In this document: positions 8,474 through 16,355 of the stretch, piece after piece | Position numbering within the stretch: position 1 is the stretch's first letter | Layout: each line of letters starts with the position of its first letter | NCBI GenBank assembly: GCA_017440465.1 | Contig: JAFSHF010000022.1 | Location: forward strand, 159-64,158 | DNA length: 64,000 nt | Origin: Clostridia bacterium | GTDB lineage: Bacteria > Bacillota > Clostridia > Oscillospirales > QAKW01 | Direction: 5' to 3' | Made by a program: the position numbers and the translations under genes | The notes under the pieces: generated by a model | What the model was told of the DNA's origin: nothing | What the model saw: the letters and a program-made list of their open reading frames with translations, nothing else | The model's database searches: none

Positions 8474-8583
8474 CAAGACGCGTATGATTTCGCGCAAGGA
8501 TTCGAACCTTGCTAACTCTTGCTTATAAGGCAAGCGCTCCCCACGGAGCCAGCGGTCTCCCATGTGTTGCTGTTGGCGTCTTT
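8474..8583 (-). ncRNA. Array unit 5: motif stem enclosing a tRNA-like D/anticodon(TAT)/T module
   Basis: AAAGACGCCAACAGCAA...GCTC-CGTGGG-GAGC G CTTGC-CTTATAA-GCAAG AGTTA GCAAGG-TTCGAAT-CCTTGC...GCGTCTTG. Confidence 0.75.
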
Positions 8584-8653
8584 ATAAAACACTTGCCGTT
8601 TACCTTAATAGGCTCCAATTGCCGTTAGGAACAGCGAAATGTTTTTTAAGGAA

Positions 8654-8734
8654 CAAGGTACATCTTTAATGATAAGCTTCGCAGTTGCCTCCTAAGCTAT
8701 TCTAAAAAAAGAAAACATTGCTGAATGTACCTTT
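8654..8734 (-). ncRNA. Array unit 4
   Basis: AAAGGTACATTCAGCAA...ATGTACCTTG. Confidence 0.7.
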
Positions 8735-8735
8735 A

Positions 8736-8802
8736 CAAGATGCGTTACCGCGGTCAAAACTTCCTTGACAATAAATACGAAAAAATTGCTGCTTGCATCT
8801 TT
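8736..8802 (-). ncRNA. Array unit 3
   Basis: AAAGATGCAAGCAGCAA...GCATCTTG. Confidence 0.7.
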
Positions 8803-8807
8803 GGATT

Positions 8808-8894
8808 CAAGACGCATTTCCAGAGCCTTACCTCCGAGTGTGATCAATCATAGCCTCGGCATTCTTAGTATGGAGCGTTGCTGTTTGCGTCTTT
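8808..8894 (-). ncRNA. Array unit 2
   Basis: AAAGACGCAAACAGCAA...TGCGTCTTG. Confidence 0.7.
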
Positions 8895-8895
8895 C

Positions 8896-8980
8896 CAAGG
8901 CGCATTTCCCGGATGGATCAGATCCGTTTAGCTTCTAAGTGTTTCAGACTCATGCTTGGAGCATTGCTGTTTGCGCCTTT
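8896..8980 (-). ncRNA. Array unit 1 (promoter-proximal)
   Basis: AAAGGCGCAAACAGCAA...TGCGCCTTG; two internal 5-bp/7-nt-loop hairpins. Confidence 0.7.
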
Positions 8981-8989
8981 TGTGTCTAC

Positions 8990-9018
8990 ATTGTACCTCC
9001 AAAATTTTCCTTTATCAC
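8990..9018 (-). promoter_or_regulatory. Putative sigma-A promoter of the ncRNA array/DUF2828 transcript
   Basis: GTGATA-17 nt-TACAAT; predicted start site a few nt before unit 1. Confidence 0.6.
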
Positions 9019-9020
9019 GG

Positions 9021-9059
9021 AAAAAAAGCTGCGAACTCATAAAAGTTCACAGCTTTTTT
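9021..9059 (-). terminator. Intrinsic terminator of the WYL operon
   Basis: AAAAAAGCTGTGAACT-TTTATG-AGTTCGCAGCTTTTTTT overlapping the WYL stop codon. Confidence 0.75.
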
Positions 9060-9945
9060 GACTTTTCAGTTTGGCAATGATCAAATTTTTAAAGTGCTCC
9101 GATTCCAAAACCTCGACCGTCGGACCGAAGGACAAAACGCGGATCACCATCTCCGGCTCATCGTCCCGATGAAATTTGATATGCAACAGATAATGGTCGC
9201 CCACCTTTTCCGCCCGCTTTTCAAAATGGGCAAAATGAAGCATACACCGCTCCAGTGTGTTTCTCTCCTCGCTCACTCTCAAAGTGATCGTATCCAGATG
9301 AACTTCGGGCTCGGCGGATGGAATCACCGTATCGCCGTTATAAATTTTACATTTGGTGATACGGGCGATATTAACGGTACGGATAAAATGGCATCCGGTT
9401 GTGACAAGGCGGAATTTATCGTCCTTCTCGGAATATTCCAGCCGCTGAGGGACGCACCTTGTATACACTGCATTGCCTTTGCGGTTGACCATTTCAAGCT
9501 TGAGGTTTTTCTTATGCTTCAGAGCAAATAGAATGGTACGGAAGTGCTTTATATACTTCTCATCCTCGAAGGGATCACCATCGCTATACCGATCATAGAC
9601 ATAATAATCCGACGGAGTAAACAGCGGCTCCACATCCTCAAGCCCGCTCAGTTCCACCCCAAACAACTTGATACGCGGATCGAGAGAGATCGCCTTCAGC
9701 CATTGCTTTTGAATGAGGGTCAGCGGCATGGTGGGCTTATGCTGCAGAGGAGTTGTCATATCTGCCCGGATCAACTGCCATTTTTCACTTTTCAGAGCAG
9801 GCAACACCGTCAGCATACTCTCACCAAAGGCGTGGTCGCAGACGATTTGGTTGAACTCTCTTTCGTCGGTTTTTCCGTCGAGCACAGCGGTGATGATCTT
9901 GGCGACCGCGTTATAGTAGGCAGAATAAATTTCATTAAAAATCAT
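9037..9945 (-). CDS. WYL domain-containing protein
   Basis: ALKHKKNLKLEM...PQRLEYSEKDDKFRL...RTVNIARI WYL core, C-terminal WCX-like RVLSFGPTVEVLE; ATGA overlap with upstream gene. Confidence 0.85.
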   Translation of the reverse strand: MIFNEIYSAYYNAVAKIITAVLDGKTDEREFNQIVCDHAFGESMLTVLPALKSEKWQLIRADMTTPLQHKPTMPLTLIQKQWLKAISLDPRIKLFGVELSGLEDVEPLFTPSDYYVYDRYSDGDPFEDEKYIKHFRTILFALKHKKNLKLEMVNRKGNAVYTRCVPQRLEYSEKDDKFRLVTTGCHFIRTVNIARITKCKIYNGDTVIPSAEPEVHLDTITLRVSEERNTLERCMLHFAHFEKRAEKVGDHYLLHIKFHRDDEPEMVIRVLSFGPTVEVLESEHFKNLIIAKLKSQKSCELL

Positions 9946-11195
9946 GCTTCCACCTCCTCAAGCCCATACATACGATACATTGCTCGGATGTCCTTTTTGA
10001 ATTGCGTTTCGAAAGCCTTGTTAGAAAAATGAAGCTCGGTAATTCGGCAGATAAAGGTGCGGATCCAAGGAATGATCTCGCTGGTATCATAAATATCTGC
10101 CGAAAACCGATAGGTATGCTCATCAAGTTTTTCGACCGTTCCGCACCGCTTCTCCCGCTCCAGACGGCGAATGATATACTCCTCATTTTCCGCCACCCGA
10201 ACGGTAAAATCAATATGTTCCAAGCATTCTTCTTCATGCCGCTTGGTCTTGACGGTAACACCCCACATATGCGCTTGCTTTTGATCCAATTCAGCGCGCA
10301 GCTCATCAAAACGGGGAGTTGGTTCTTCGATCTTAACATCGGAGAGATAATCGATCCGAAATGATTTGATCACGTTGAAATCCGGCTGATAGGCAAGTAA
10401 ATGCTGCCTACCGTTTTGCACGCTGATGAAGATACGCAAAGGTATAATTCTGTTCTGTCGCGGCTCATCGGCGCGGCGGCTCATATTGGAAACGGTGACA
10501 ATGCATTTTTTGTGCATCGCCTTAAAGAGCATTGCCAGAACATTGCTGTCCATGGCAGAAGTAATGTAGTGATGCTTAAAACTGAAACTATCGGTCTTTT
10601 CTTCCAGCTTATCCAGCAGAAAAGAGCCGACCACACCGCAGGGAGCCACCTCGGAATAGAAATTGAGAATATCGGTGATCTCCGGCAACGGAATATTTTC
10701 CGCCCGATGATACAGCATTTTTCGCCCCTTTTTTTGACCGAGAATGATCTCCTGCTCCATATATTCCTTCAGCTTCTTGCGCACCGTAGACTCATCAAAC
10801 ACCATCGGGCTTGCAAAGCCATCTAAATATTCATCGATCTTCTCAAGGATCTCGGGCAAGGATAAAACCACCTCGGGAGAGTGCAGAATGTCAAACAGAA
10901 TAAAATGCAGCGTAATATCCCCATCGGTAAAGCTCTTCGCTTTCAATGCTTTATAAAAAGGATTGTGTTGCGAAACGCGGCTATCGATCGAAATGAAAAC
11001 ATTTTTGCCTTCAGGAGTGCGGACAAAGCTCATATGATCCCCCAGCCAGCTTTCCATCCTGCGACGCTCGTCATCATAGGAACGGGCGCTTTTTTTATTG
11101 TACTCTTCTCTGCTTTTGAATCCGTAGACATAGAATTCACGCATATAGCTTCGTATCTTTTCAAAGTTTTTGATCAGTTCGCTATAAGACGACAT
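9942..11195 (-). CDS. WYL domain-containing transcriptional regulator
   Basis: N-terminal HTH-like regions, IIPLRIFISVQNGRQHLLAY...KSFRIDYL WYL core, IIPWIRTF WCX-like; GGAGG RBS before ATG 11195. Confidence 0.85.
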   Translation of the reverse strand: MSSYSELIKNFEKIRSYMREFYVYGFKSREEYNKKSARSYDDERRRMESWLGDHMSFVRTPEGKNVFISIDSRVSQHNPFYKALKAKSFTDGDITLHFILFDILHSPEVVLSLPEILEKIDEYLDGFASPMVFDESTVRKKLKEYMEQEIILGQKKGRKMLYHRAENIPLPEITDILNFYSEVAPCGVVGSFLLDKLEEKTDSFSFKHHYITSAMDSNVLAMLFKAMHKKCIVTVSNMSRRADEPRQNRIIPLRIFISVQNGRQHLLAYQPDFNVIKSFRIDYLSDVKIEEPTPRFDELRAELDQKQAHMWGVTVKTKRHEEECLEHIDFTVRVAENEEYIIRRLEREKRCGTVEKLDEHTYRFSADIYDTSEIIPWIRTFICRITELHFSNKAFETQFKKDIRAMYRMYGLEEVEA

Positions 11196-11215
11196 AGTTT
11201 TCACCTCCGAATATC

Positions 11216-11224
11216 ATTATAACA
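11216..11224 (-). promoter_or_regulatory. Extended -10 promoter of the WYL pair
   Basis: TGTTATAAT just upstream of the RBS. Confidence 0.6.
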
Positions 11225-11262
11225 CAGATTCAACGGTATTTCACATTTTTCGCTGATCTCTA

Positions 11263-11342
11263 TCTGAATTCTAACATAGTTTGTGTCCGATAAAATGGAC
11301 TTACTTATAAGTCCTGTTTATCGGACATATGCCATGATAGCA
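11263..11342. promoter_or_regulatory. Back-to-back operator/extended -10 motifs (copies 2 and 3)
   Basis: Minus TAAGTCCATTTTATCGGAC-N8-TG-T-TAGAAT; plus TAAGTCCTGTTTATCGGAC-N8-TG-A-TAGCAT. Confidence 0.6.
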
Positions 11343-11547
11343 TAAAAATATAATAATGATTGAAAAAAGAACAAAAACAAGGTATGCTTAAGATACGAAA
11401 TACCATCAAAAAAAGAAATGAACGGTAGATATCAAGTCGGATCGGGTCGTATAGTGGCCGTCACGCATGATACTCCGTTCATCATTGTCATTATATGTTT
11501 TTTAATTCAAAATGTCAACTGTTACATTCAACACAGGAGGAAAGAAC

Positions 11548-12447
11548 ATGGAGTTTTGCCAAACAAATAAAGAAGTTCAGGAATATATTCGCCCGATCCT
11601 TCAAAAAAAGAAAGATTGCAAATTAAAGAAAATCTTTTCAAATGAATACCACAAACTGAAAGAAGGGGGTATTTGGGAGGTTGAGGATACCCTTTTTCTT
11701 TTGTTTGAAGATGATACCTGCATGGAGATCGGCGGTTTTATCTTTGGACAAGTCTATTTTGATGACGATGCACTTTTGCCGGATGATGAAGAGGACTGCT
11801 TTGATTTCTTCAATACCACACAGGGACGATATTGTGAAGCGACCGCTCATAAAGATGAAACGATCACCTTCCAAATGAACTACGGTGCCGTCAAAGGCAT
11901 TTCGGGCTTGGAAACAAACGGGGTTTTGGATCTGCTGATCATCGAAACAGAGGGCGGAGAGATACGAATTCATCCAAAATCCTCCCGTTATTGTACAATG
12001 GAAGTATGGTCGCCGACCGCAATAATAACGTCGGAGGAGGAAACGGCGGAATATGATCTTGTCTTTTCAGATTTAGATGAAGATGTACACATTTTCTTCT
12101 TCGTCAACTCGGGAGAATTGCCTCCTTTTGAATTGGATGCCACAATGTCTTTTGTAACAGATCTTTATGATTATAAATGGCGCCTTTTCCTTTCAAAAGA
12201 TGAATTTTTCGAGTTTTCCGAACAAATTAAAGATTTAGAATTAGAACTCACTGATCGGGTAGAATTCAAATTTTGGGCTATGATTATGGACGATATTAAA
12301 AAGCACGGCTTTGAAGACTTTGATTATTCAGAGCAGGGCGAGCTTACATTAACCGTCCAAAGAAAAGGTAACCAATTTTTAGTAAATTTCTGCGACGGAA
12401 CCCAGACTCCCCCTATGAACATTGAGTTTCTTTCCAAATGGGATTAA
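11548..12447 (+). CDS. Hypothetical acidic protein
   Basis: AGGAGG RBS before ATG 11548; 299 aa. Confidence 0.7.
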   Translation: MEFCQTNKEVQEYIRPILQKKKDCKLKKIFSNEYHKLKEGGIWEVEDTLFLLFEDDTCMEIGGFIFGQVYFDDDALLPDDEEDCFDFFNTTQGRYCEATAHKDETITFQMNYGAVKGISGLETNGVLDLLIIETEGGEIRIHPKSSRYCTMEVWSPTAIITSEEETAEYDLVFSDLDEDVHIFFFVNSGELPPFELDATMSFVTDLYDYKWRLFLSKDEFFEFSEQIKDLELELTDRVEFKFWAMIMDDIKKHGFEDFDYSEQGELTLTVQRKGNQFLVNFCDGTQTPPMNIEFLSKWD

Positions 12448-12462
12448 GGGAGGAATAATAAA

Positions 12463-12684
12463 ATGGCTCTTTCAAAAAATTCAAGAATACTTCTGAAAGC
12501 GTTGGCATTACTCGAAATGGATATCGATGACATATGTGTTATGTTTTTGCTTTTAGAAACAGAACCAAACATAGAAAAAATGATAGCATGGATGTGTAAA
12601 AACATTGATTCTAATGAAAGCGAAATAAAAAAAGCGGCCTTGCGAATTTCAAGTTCTGCAACAGAAGAGGATGCGCTTTTTTAA
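12463..12684 (+). CDS. Small hypothetical protein
   Basis: GGAGG RBS; 73 aa. Confidence 0.6.
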   Translation: MALSKNSRILLKALALLEMDIDDICVMFLLLETEPNIEKMIAWMCKNIDSNESEIKKAALRISSSATEEDALF

Positions 12685-12857
12685 AAAATATGATATAATA
12701 TCCACACAAAGCATTGATGTCCATCAATGCTCGCAGACATTACGGATATTATGCGATGTCCGATTTTCTTGCCTGCGTGGCAGGCAACCGAAAATGATGG
12801 ACAATTACATCAAAATGCGTCGCATTTATGATATAATAGATTTGTGAGGTGAGAAAT

Positions 12858-13781
12858 ATGCAAAATATCTTTGAAATGAATAGCCTTGAATCCAAACTGA
12901 AATACATACAGATTTCAGCACCTGCTGTTTTTGAAAGAGTTCAATCCGAAATAGAAGAAGGCGCCGCTTTGAAAAACAGCCTAATTGTTACGCAGGCGAT
13001 ATTCGAAGCGTTTGATCTTTCCGGAAACGAAGCAATTATCACAACCCATTTCAACGATACTCTTGGTATATTTAAATATTTGACCAAACAAACGAGTGCA
13101 TATATTCACGGAAAATATAAAGTTATCGAAAGCAATTGCTTCTCTCATTGCCCTTCTTTGAAAACAATTATTTTTGAAGAGGGTGTTGAACAGATCAATT
13201 CAGGTGTATTATGCGAAAACCAAAGGATAACTTCAATTGCTTTTCCTAAATCATTAAAATCCATAGGAAATGATGCTTTTCGTAATTGCAAAAATCTGAA
13301 AGAAGTAATTTTTAATAATTCCAAAACTTGGATTTCACCCGACGCTTTTGAAGGAACAATGTGGTTAGAGCAACAGACCGAAGAATTCGTTGTAGTCAAT
13401 GATCAACTTTTAAAATATAACGGCAACAGCGAAACGGTCATTATTCCGGAAGGAATTTTGCATATTGGCGATCAGGTTTTTGAAAATAACCAAATTATAA
13501 AAACGTTGATTTTACCCACATCGCTTAAATCAATATGGACTTATTCCTTTGCTGATTGCAGCAATCTAAGTAAGGTTGTTTTTAACAATAACCTTCATAT
13601 AATTGGCATATCTGCATTTGAAGGTTGCATCAACTTGAACGAAGTTTATTTACCGAAACACTTGAAAGAGTTAGGTGCAATTGCGTTTGATAGAAACACT
13701 ATTATACACTTTTATGATACGGACAAAAATCTGACCAGGCATATCAAGAAAAACTATCCGAACTGTATCAGCATGGATTAA
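12858..13781 (+). CDS. BspA-type leucine-rich repeat (LRR_5) protein
   Basis: Repeated xIGxxAFxxCxxLxxVxxP units; GAGGTGA RBS. Confidence 0.85.
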   Translation: MQNIFEMNSLESKLKYIQISAPAVFERVQSEIEEGAALKNSLIVTQAIFEAFDLSGNEAIITTHFNDTLGIFKYLTKQTSAYIHGKYKVIESNCFSHCPSLKTIIFEEGVEQINSGVLCENQRITSIAFPKSLKSIGNDAFRNCKNLKEVIFNNSKTWISPDAFEGTMWLEQQTEEFVVVNDQLLKYNGNSETVIIPEGILHIGDQVFENNQIIKTLILPTSLKSIWTYSFADCSNLSKVVFNNNLHIIGISAFEGCINLNEVYLPKHLKELGAIAFDRNTIIHFYDTDKNLTRHIKKNYPNCISMD

Positions 13782-13838
13782 GTTAATGGATTGTATCATA
13801 TGATGACTCATCGGTCATTATAACAGAAGGAATAAAAG

Positions 13839-14054
13839 ATGGATATTCAACAACAGAAATTGAAAAATTATTGCCGACTGGTAATCTTGCTTATGGGCAG
13901 GTATTCAAAATCTACCGTTCTAAAGACGGTGGATTTGTTGAAATCAGAGAGTACAATAAAAGAAACGCAGGACCTTATCGAGCAAAATCTCTCCGAGAAA
14001 AACTTCTTGAGGAAGATAGAGAAGATCCTTCAAAAGTTGGATACACATCCATAG
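13839..14054 (+). CDS. Small hypothetical protein
   Basis: AAGGA RBS; 71 aa; terminator follows. Confidence 0.5.
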   Translation: MDIQQQKLKNYCRLVILLMGRYSKSTVLKTVDLLKSESTIKETQDLIEQNLSEKNFLRKIEKILQKLDTHP

Positions 14055-14065
14055 ATGAATGAATA

Positions 14066-14144
14066 AAACCCGCTTCCATAGGAAATTCCTACGGGAGCGG
14101 GTTTGCTTTTTCGGGGGTATAATTTTGCGTATGTCGGGAGCGCG
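14066..14144 (+). repeat. Hairpin plus degenerate tRNA-Ala 5' half; imperfect direct repeat of 646-713
   Basis: GGGGTATAATTTTGCGTATGTCGGGAGCGCG vs GGGGTATGATTTTGCGTGTGTTGGGAGAGCG (27/31), both preceded by a related hairpin ending ACGGGAGC. Confidence 0.65.
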
Positions 14145-14261
14145 GATGAGCGGTGTTCCTTATACGGTAAAATGCCGATTTCTTTTTTCAACTTCATCTT
14201 GCATCCTTTGCCCCCATCTTGTATAATAGTATCAGACTCTGACGAAAAAAGGAGAACCTTT

Positions 14262-15554
14262 ATGAAACGATTGATCCGAACGGTTGTTGCAGTAGCAGGG
14301 CTGGCGATCCTCTTTGGCGTTGCCATTTACTTTTTGATGGGCGGCAACTCCCCCGCCGAGAAGTTGATGAAAGAGCACCCTTATATTTTTGAGACGGAAA
14401 AGAGCCTCGGCACCGAGCGGCAGGACAGCTACGCTTTGGGCGAGGGTTGCGTATACATTGCCTATCCCAAGACCAAAAATAAAGCGACGGACAAGGCGAT
14501 CGAGGCCTATCTCGACGAAGCCAAAGACACCTTTAACGATCTTCTGGAGCAGCGCAAGGATGCCGATCGCGCCGAGACCGAGCACATTGAAATTCCCCGC
14601 TTGGTTTTTGACTACACCACCGAGCCAAGCGGCGACTACACCCTTTTAAACCTTTCCTATAAGATTGAAATTTTGAATGAAGAGGCGGCGGCAAGTGCCC
14701 CCAACGATACGCCGAAGCTGAGTACCACCACCTTCTGCATCGGCAAGGAAAATGAGATCTTGGATCTCAACGGCATTTTAGGCGAGAACGGCGAAGCCAA
14801 GATCCGCAATATGCTGAAGGTCAAAAAGATCGCCTTCGACGATATGACGCATTTCACCGTCAGCGGCGATACGCTGACCATTCATTTTCCCGATAACAGC
14901 GAAGCGTTTTCCATCAATGCGGTCAAGCGCGCAAACCTGATCGATCCCGACAAGCCGATGGTCGCGCTGACCTTCGACGACGGCCCCGGCGGCTATTCCA
15001 AGGAGCTTGCCGACCTTTTTGAGCAATACAACGGCCGCGCCACCTTCTTTGTTCTGGGGCAGTTGGTTCCCCACTATGAAGAATCCTTGAAATACGTTTA
15101 TGAAAAAGGCAACGAGATCGGCAGCCACACCTACAGCCACAAAAATCTGAACATCCAATCCGAAGCCACCGTCCGCAAGGAGATCGACGACACCAAGCAG
15201 GTGATCTTCGATGCCATCGGCGCTTATCCGACCGTCATCCGCACCCCCTACGGCAACGCCAACAGCACGGTGATGAAGATCATCGACGGGCCCAACATCC
15301 TTTGGAGCGTGGACACCTTGGATTGGCAGAGCCGCGACAGTTCCAAGATCGTCAGCAAGATCTTAAACGAGACCTCCGACGGCGACATTGTTCTGATGCA
15401 CGAGATCTACGGATTTACCTTCAATGCGGTCAAGACCGCCATTAAAACGCTGGCGGATCGGGGCTACCAATTTGTCACGGTCAGCGAGCTGATGCAATAT
15501 AAGGGCGTCGAGCCCGAGGGCAAGGTCTACAGCGCCGATTGGCAGGTTAAATAA
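14262..15554 (+). CDS. Membrane-anchored polysaccharide (peptidoglycan) deacetylase, CE4 family
   Basis: N-terminal TM; TFDDGP, HTYSH, RTPYG, DTLDW, LMHE motifs. Confidence 0.9.
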   Translation: MKRLIRTVVAVAGLAILFGVAIYFLMGGNSPAEKLMKEHPYIFETEKSLGTERQDSYALGEGCVYIAYPKTKNKATDKAIEAYLDEAKDTFNDLLEQRKDADRAETEHIEIPRLVFDYTTEPSGDYTLLNLSYKIEILNEEAAASAPNDTPKLSTTTFCIGKENEILDLNGILGENGEAKIRNMLKVKKIAFDDMTHFTVSGDTLTIHFPDNSEAFSINAVKRANLIDPDKPMVALTFDDGPGGYSKELADLFEQYNGRATFFVLGQLVPHYEESLKYVYEKGNEIGSHTYSHKNLNIQSEATVRKEIDDTKQVIFDAIGAYPTVIRTPYGNANSTVMKIIDGPNILWSVDTLDWQSRDSSKIVSKILNETSDGDIVLMHEIYGFTFNAVKTAIKTLADRGYQFVTVSELMQYKGVEPEGKVYSADWQVK

Positions 15555-15558
15555 AACC

Positions 15559-15589
15559 AAAAACCGCGATGCATTGCATCGCGGTTTTT
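15559..15589. terminator. Bidirectional terminator
   Basis: AAAAACCGCGATGCA-T-TGCATCGCGGTTTTT. Confidence 0.75.
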
Positions 15590-15594
15590 TATCT

Positions 15595-16329
15595 TTAGAT
15601 TTCGATATCTGCGTGGATCCAAGGATGGTCGCTGGCGCCGCGCTCGCCATAGGTGACTGCGGCATCGTGTTTTTCGATATTGCAAAGATAGATATTATCG
15701 ATGCGGGTTTTGGGCTCCTCCACCGAGAAGTCCTTTCCGCCGTTGAGCGGATATACCTTTTCGGTATCCACACATTCCTTTTGTTTTTCAAAGATGAGAT
15801 TGAAATCACCGGTGAGGACGACAGGGCCTTCTTCGGCATAGATCCGATTCATCAATTCCTTCAACTGATACTGCGCAAAGATCTTATTGCCCTCTAAACC
15901 AATGCGCGTATGGCCGGAGGTGGTGAGATGCGCATTATAAAATACCAGTTCTTTTCCCTCCACATCGATCACCGCGCGGCAGTATTTACGCCGCTCACTG
16001 ATCTGAACGGAAAATTCTTTATCCTCCGGCTCCTTGATGGGATATTTACTCATAATTGCATGGCCGTATTTCCCCTCGGTGCCTTTGCCTTTATCAACGG
16101 TATAGGTAAAATGATAATAGGGATATCCCAATGTCTCTGCCAGATATTTGGTCTGGTCATAATCGCCGGTACGCGCCAGAAAATGATCGACCTCCTGCAG
16201 GCCGACAATATCGCCGTCCAACCGGCGCAACACTTCGGCAACATCCTCCCGCCGATCGATGTTATTGCGGGGATTTTCCGGATCATAGCGCATCGATTTG
16301 ATATTATAAGATACGATCTTTAATTTCAT
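15595..16329 (-). CDS. Endonuclease/exonuclease/phosphatase (EEP) family protein
   Basis: SYNI, GLQEVD, TGDFN, IDNI, SDH motifs. Confidence 0.88.
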   Translation of the reverse strand: MKLKIVSYNIKSMRYDPENPRNNIDRREDVAEVLRRLDGDIVGLQEVDHFLARTGDYDQTKYLAETLGYPYYHFTYTVDKGKGTEGKYGHAIMSKYPIKEPEDKEFSVQISERRKYCRAVIDVEGKELVFYNAHLTTSGHTRIGLEGNKIFAQYQLKELMNRIYAEEGPVVLTGDFNLIFEKQKECVDTEKVYPLNGGKDFSVEEPKTRIDNIYLCNIEKHDAAVTYGERGASDHPWIHADIEI

Positions 16330-16355
16330 TTTTATTGCCTTTCACAAGGGATCCA

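Larger units (their letters stand above)
7914..8980 (-). ncRNA. Polycistronic array of eight CAGCAA-motif structured RNA units interleaved with tRNA-like elements (Y-RNA-like array)
   Basis: Eight units begin AAAG-RYRC-N3-CAGCAW and end GYRY-CTTG with compensatory stem changes; promoter upstream; no credible ORF. Confidence 0.8.

Noticed and set aside
8243-8563. 106-aa ORF (and 7845-8048 ORF) in the array
   Set aside because: They run through tRNA-like and stem elements, lack a convincing RBS and have no protein-like motifs
8686-8696. AGGAGG inside array unit 4 as an RBS for a small peptide
   Set aside because: No suitably spaced ATG/GTG/TTG start follows
7914-8980. CRISPR array interpretation of the repeated units
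   Set aside because: Repeats are not identical direct repeats; the two ends of each unit covary as a stem, unit lengths are irregular (67-110 nt) and no cas gene is present
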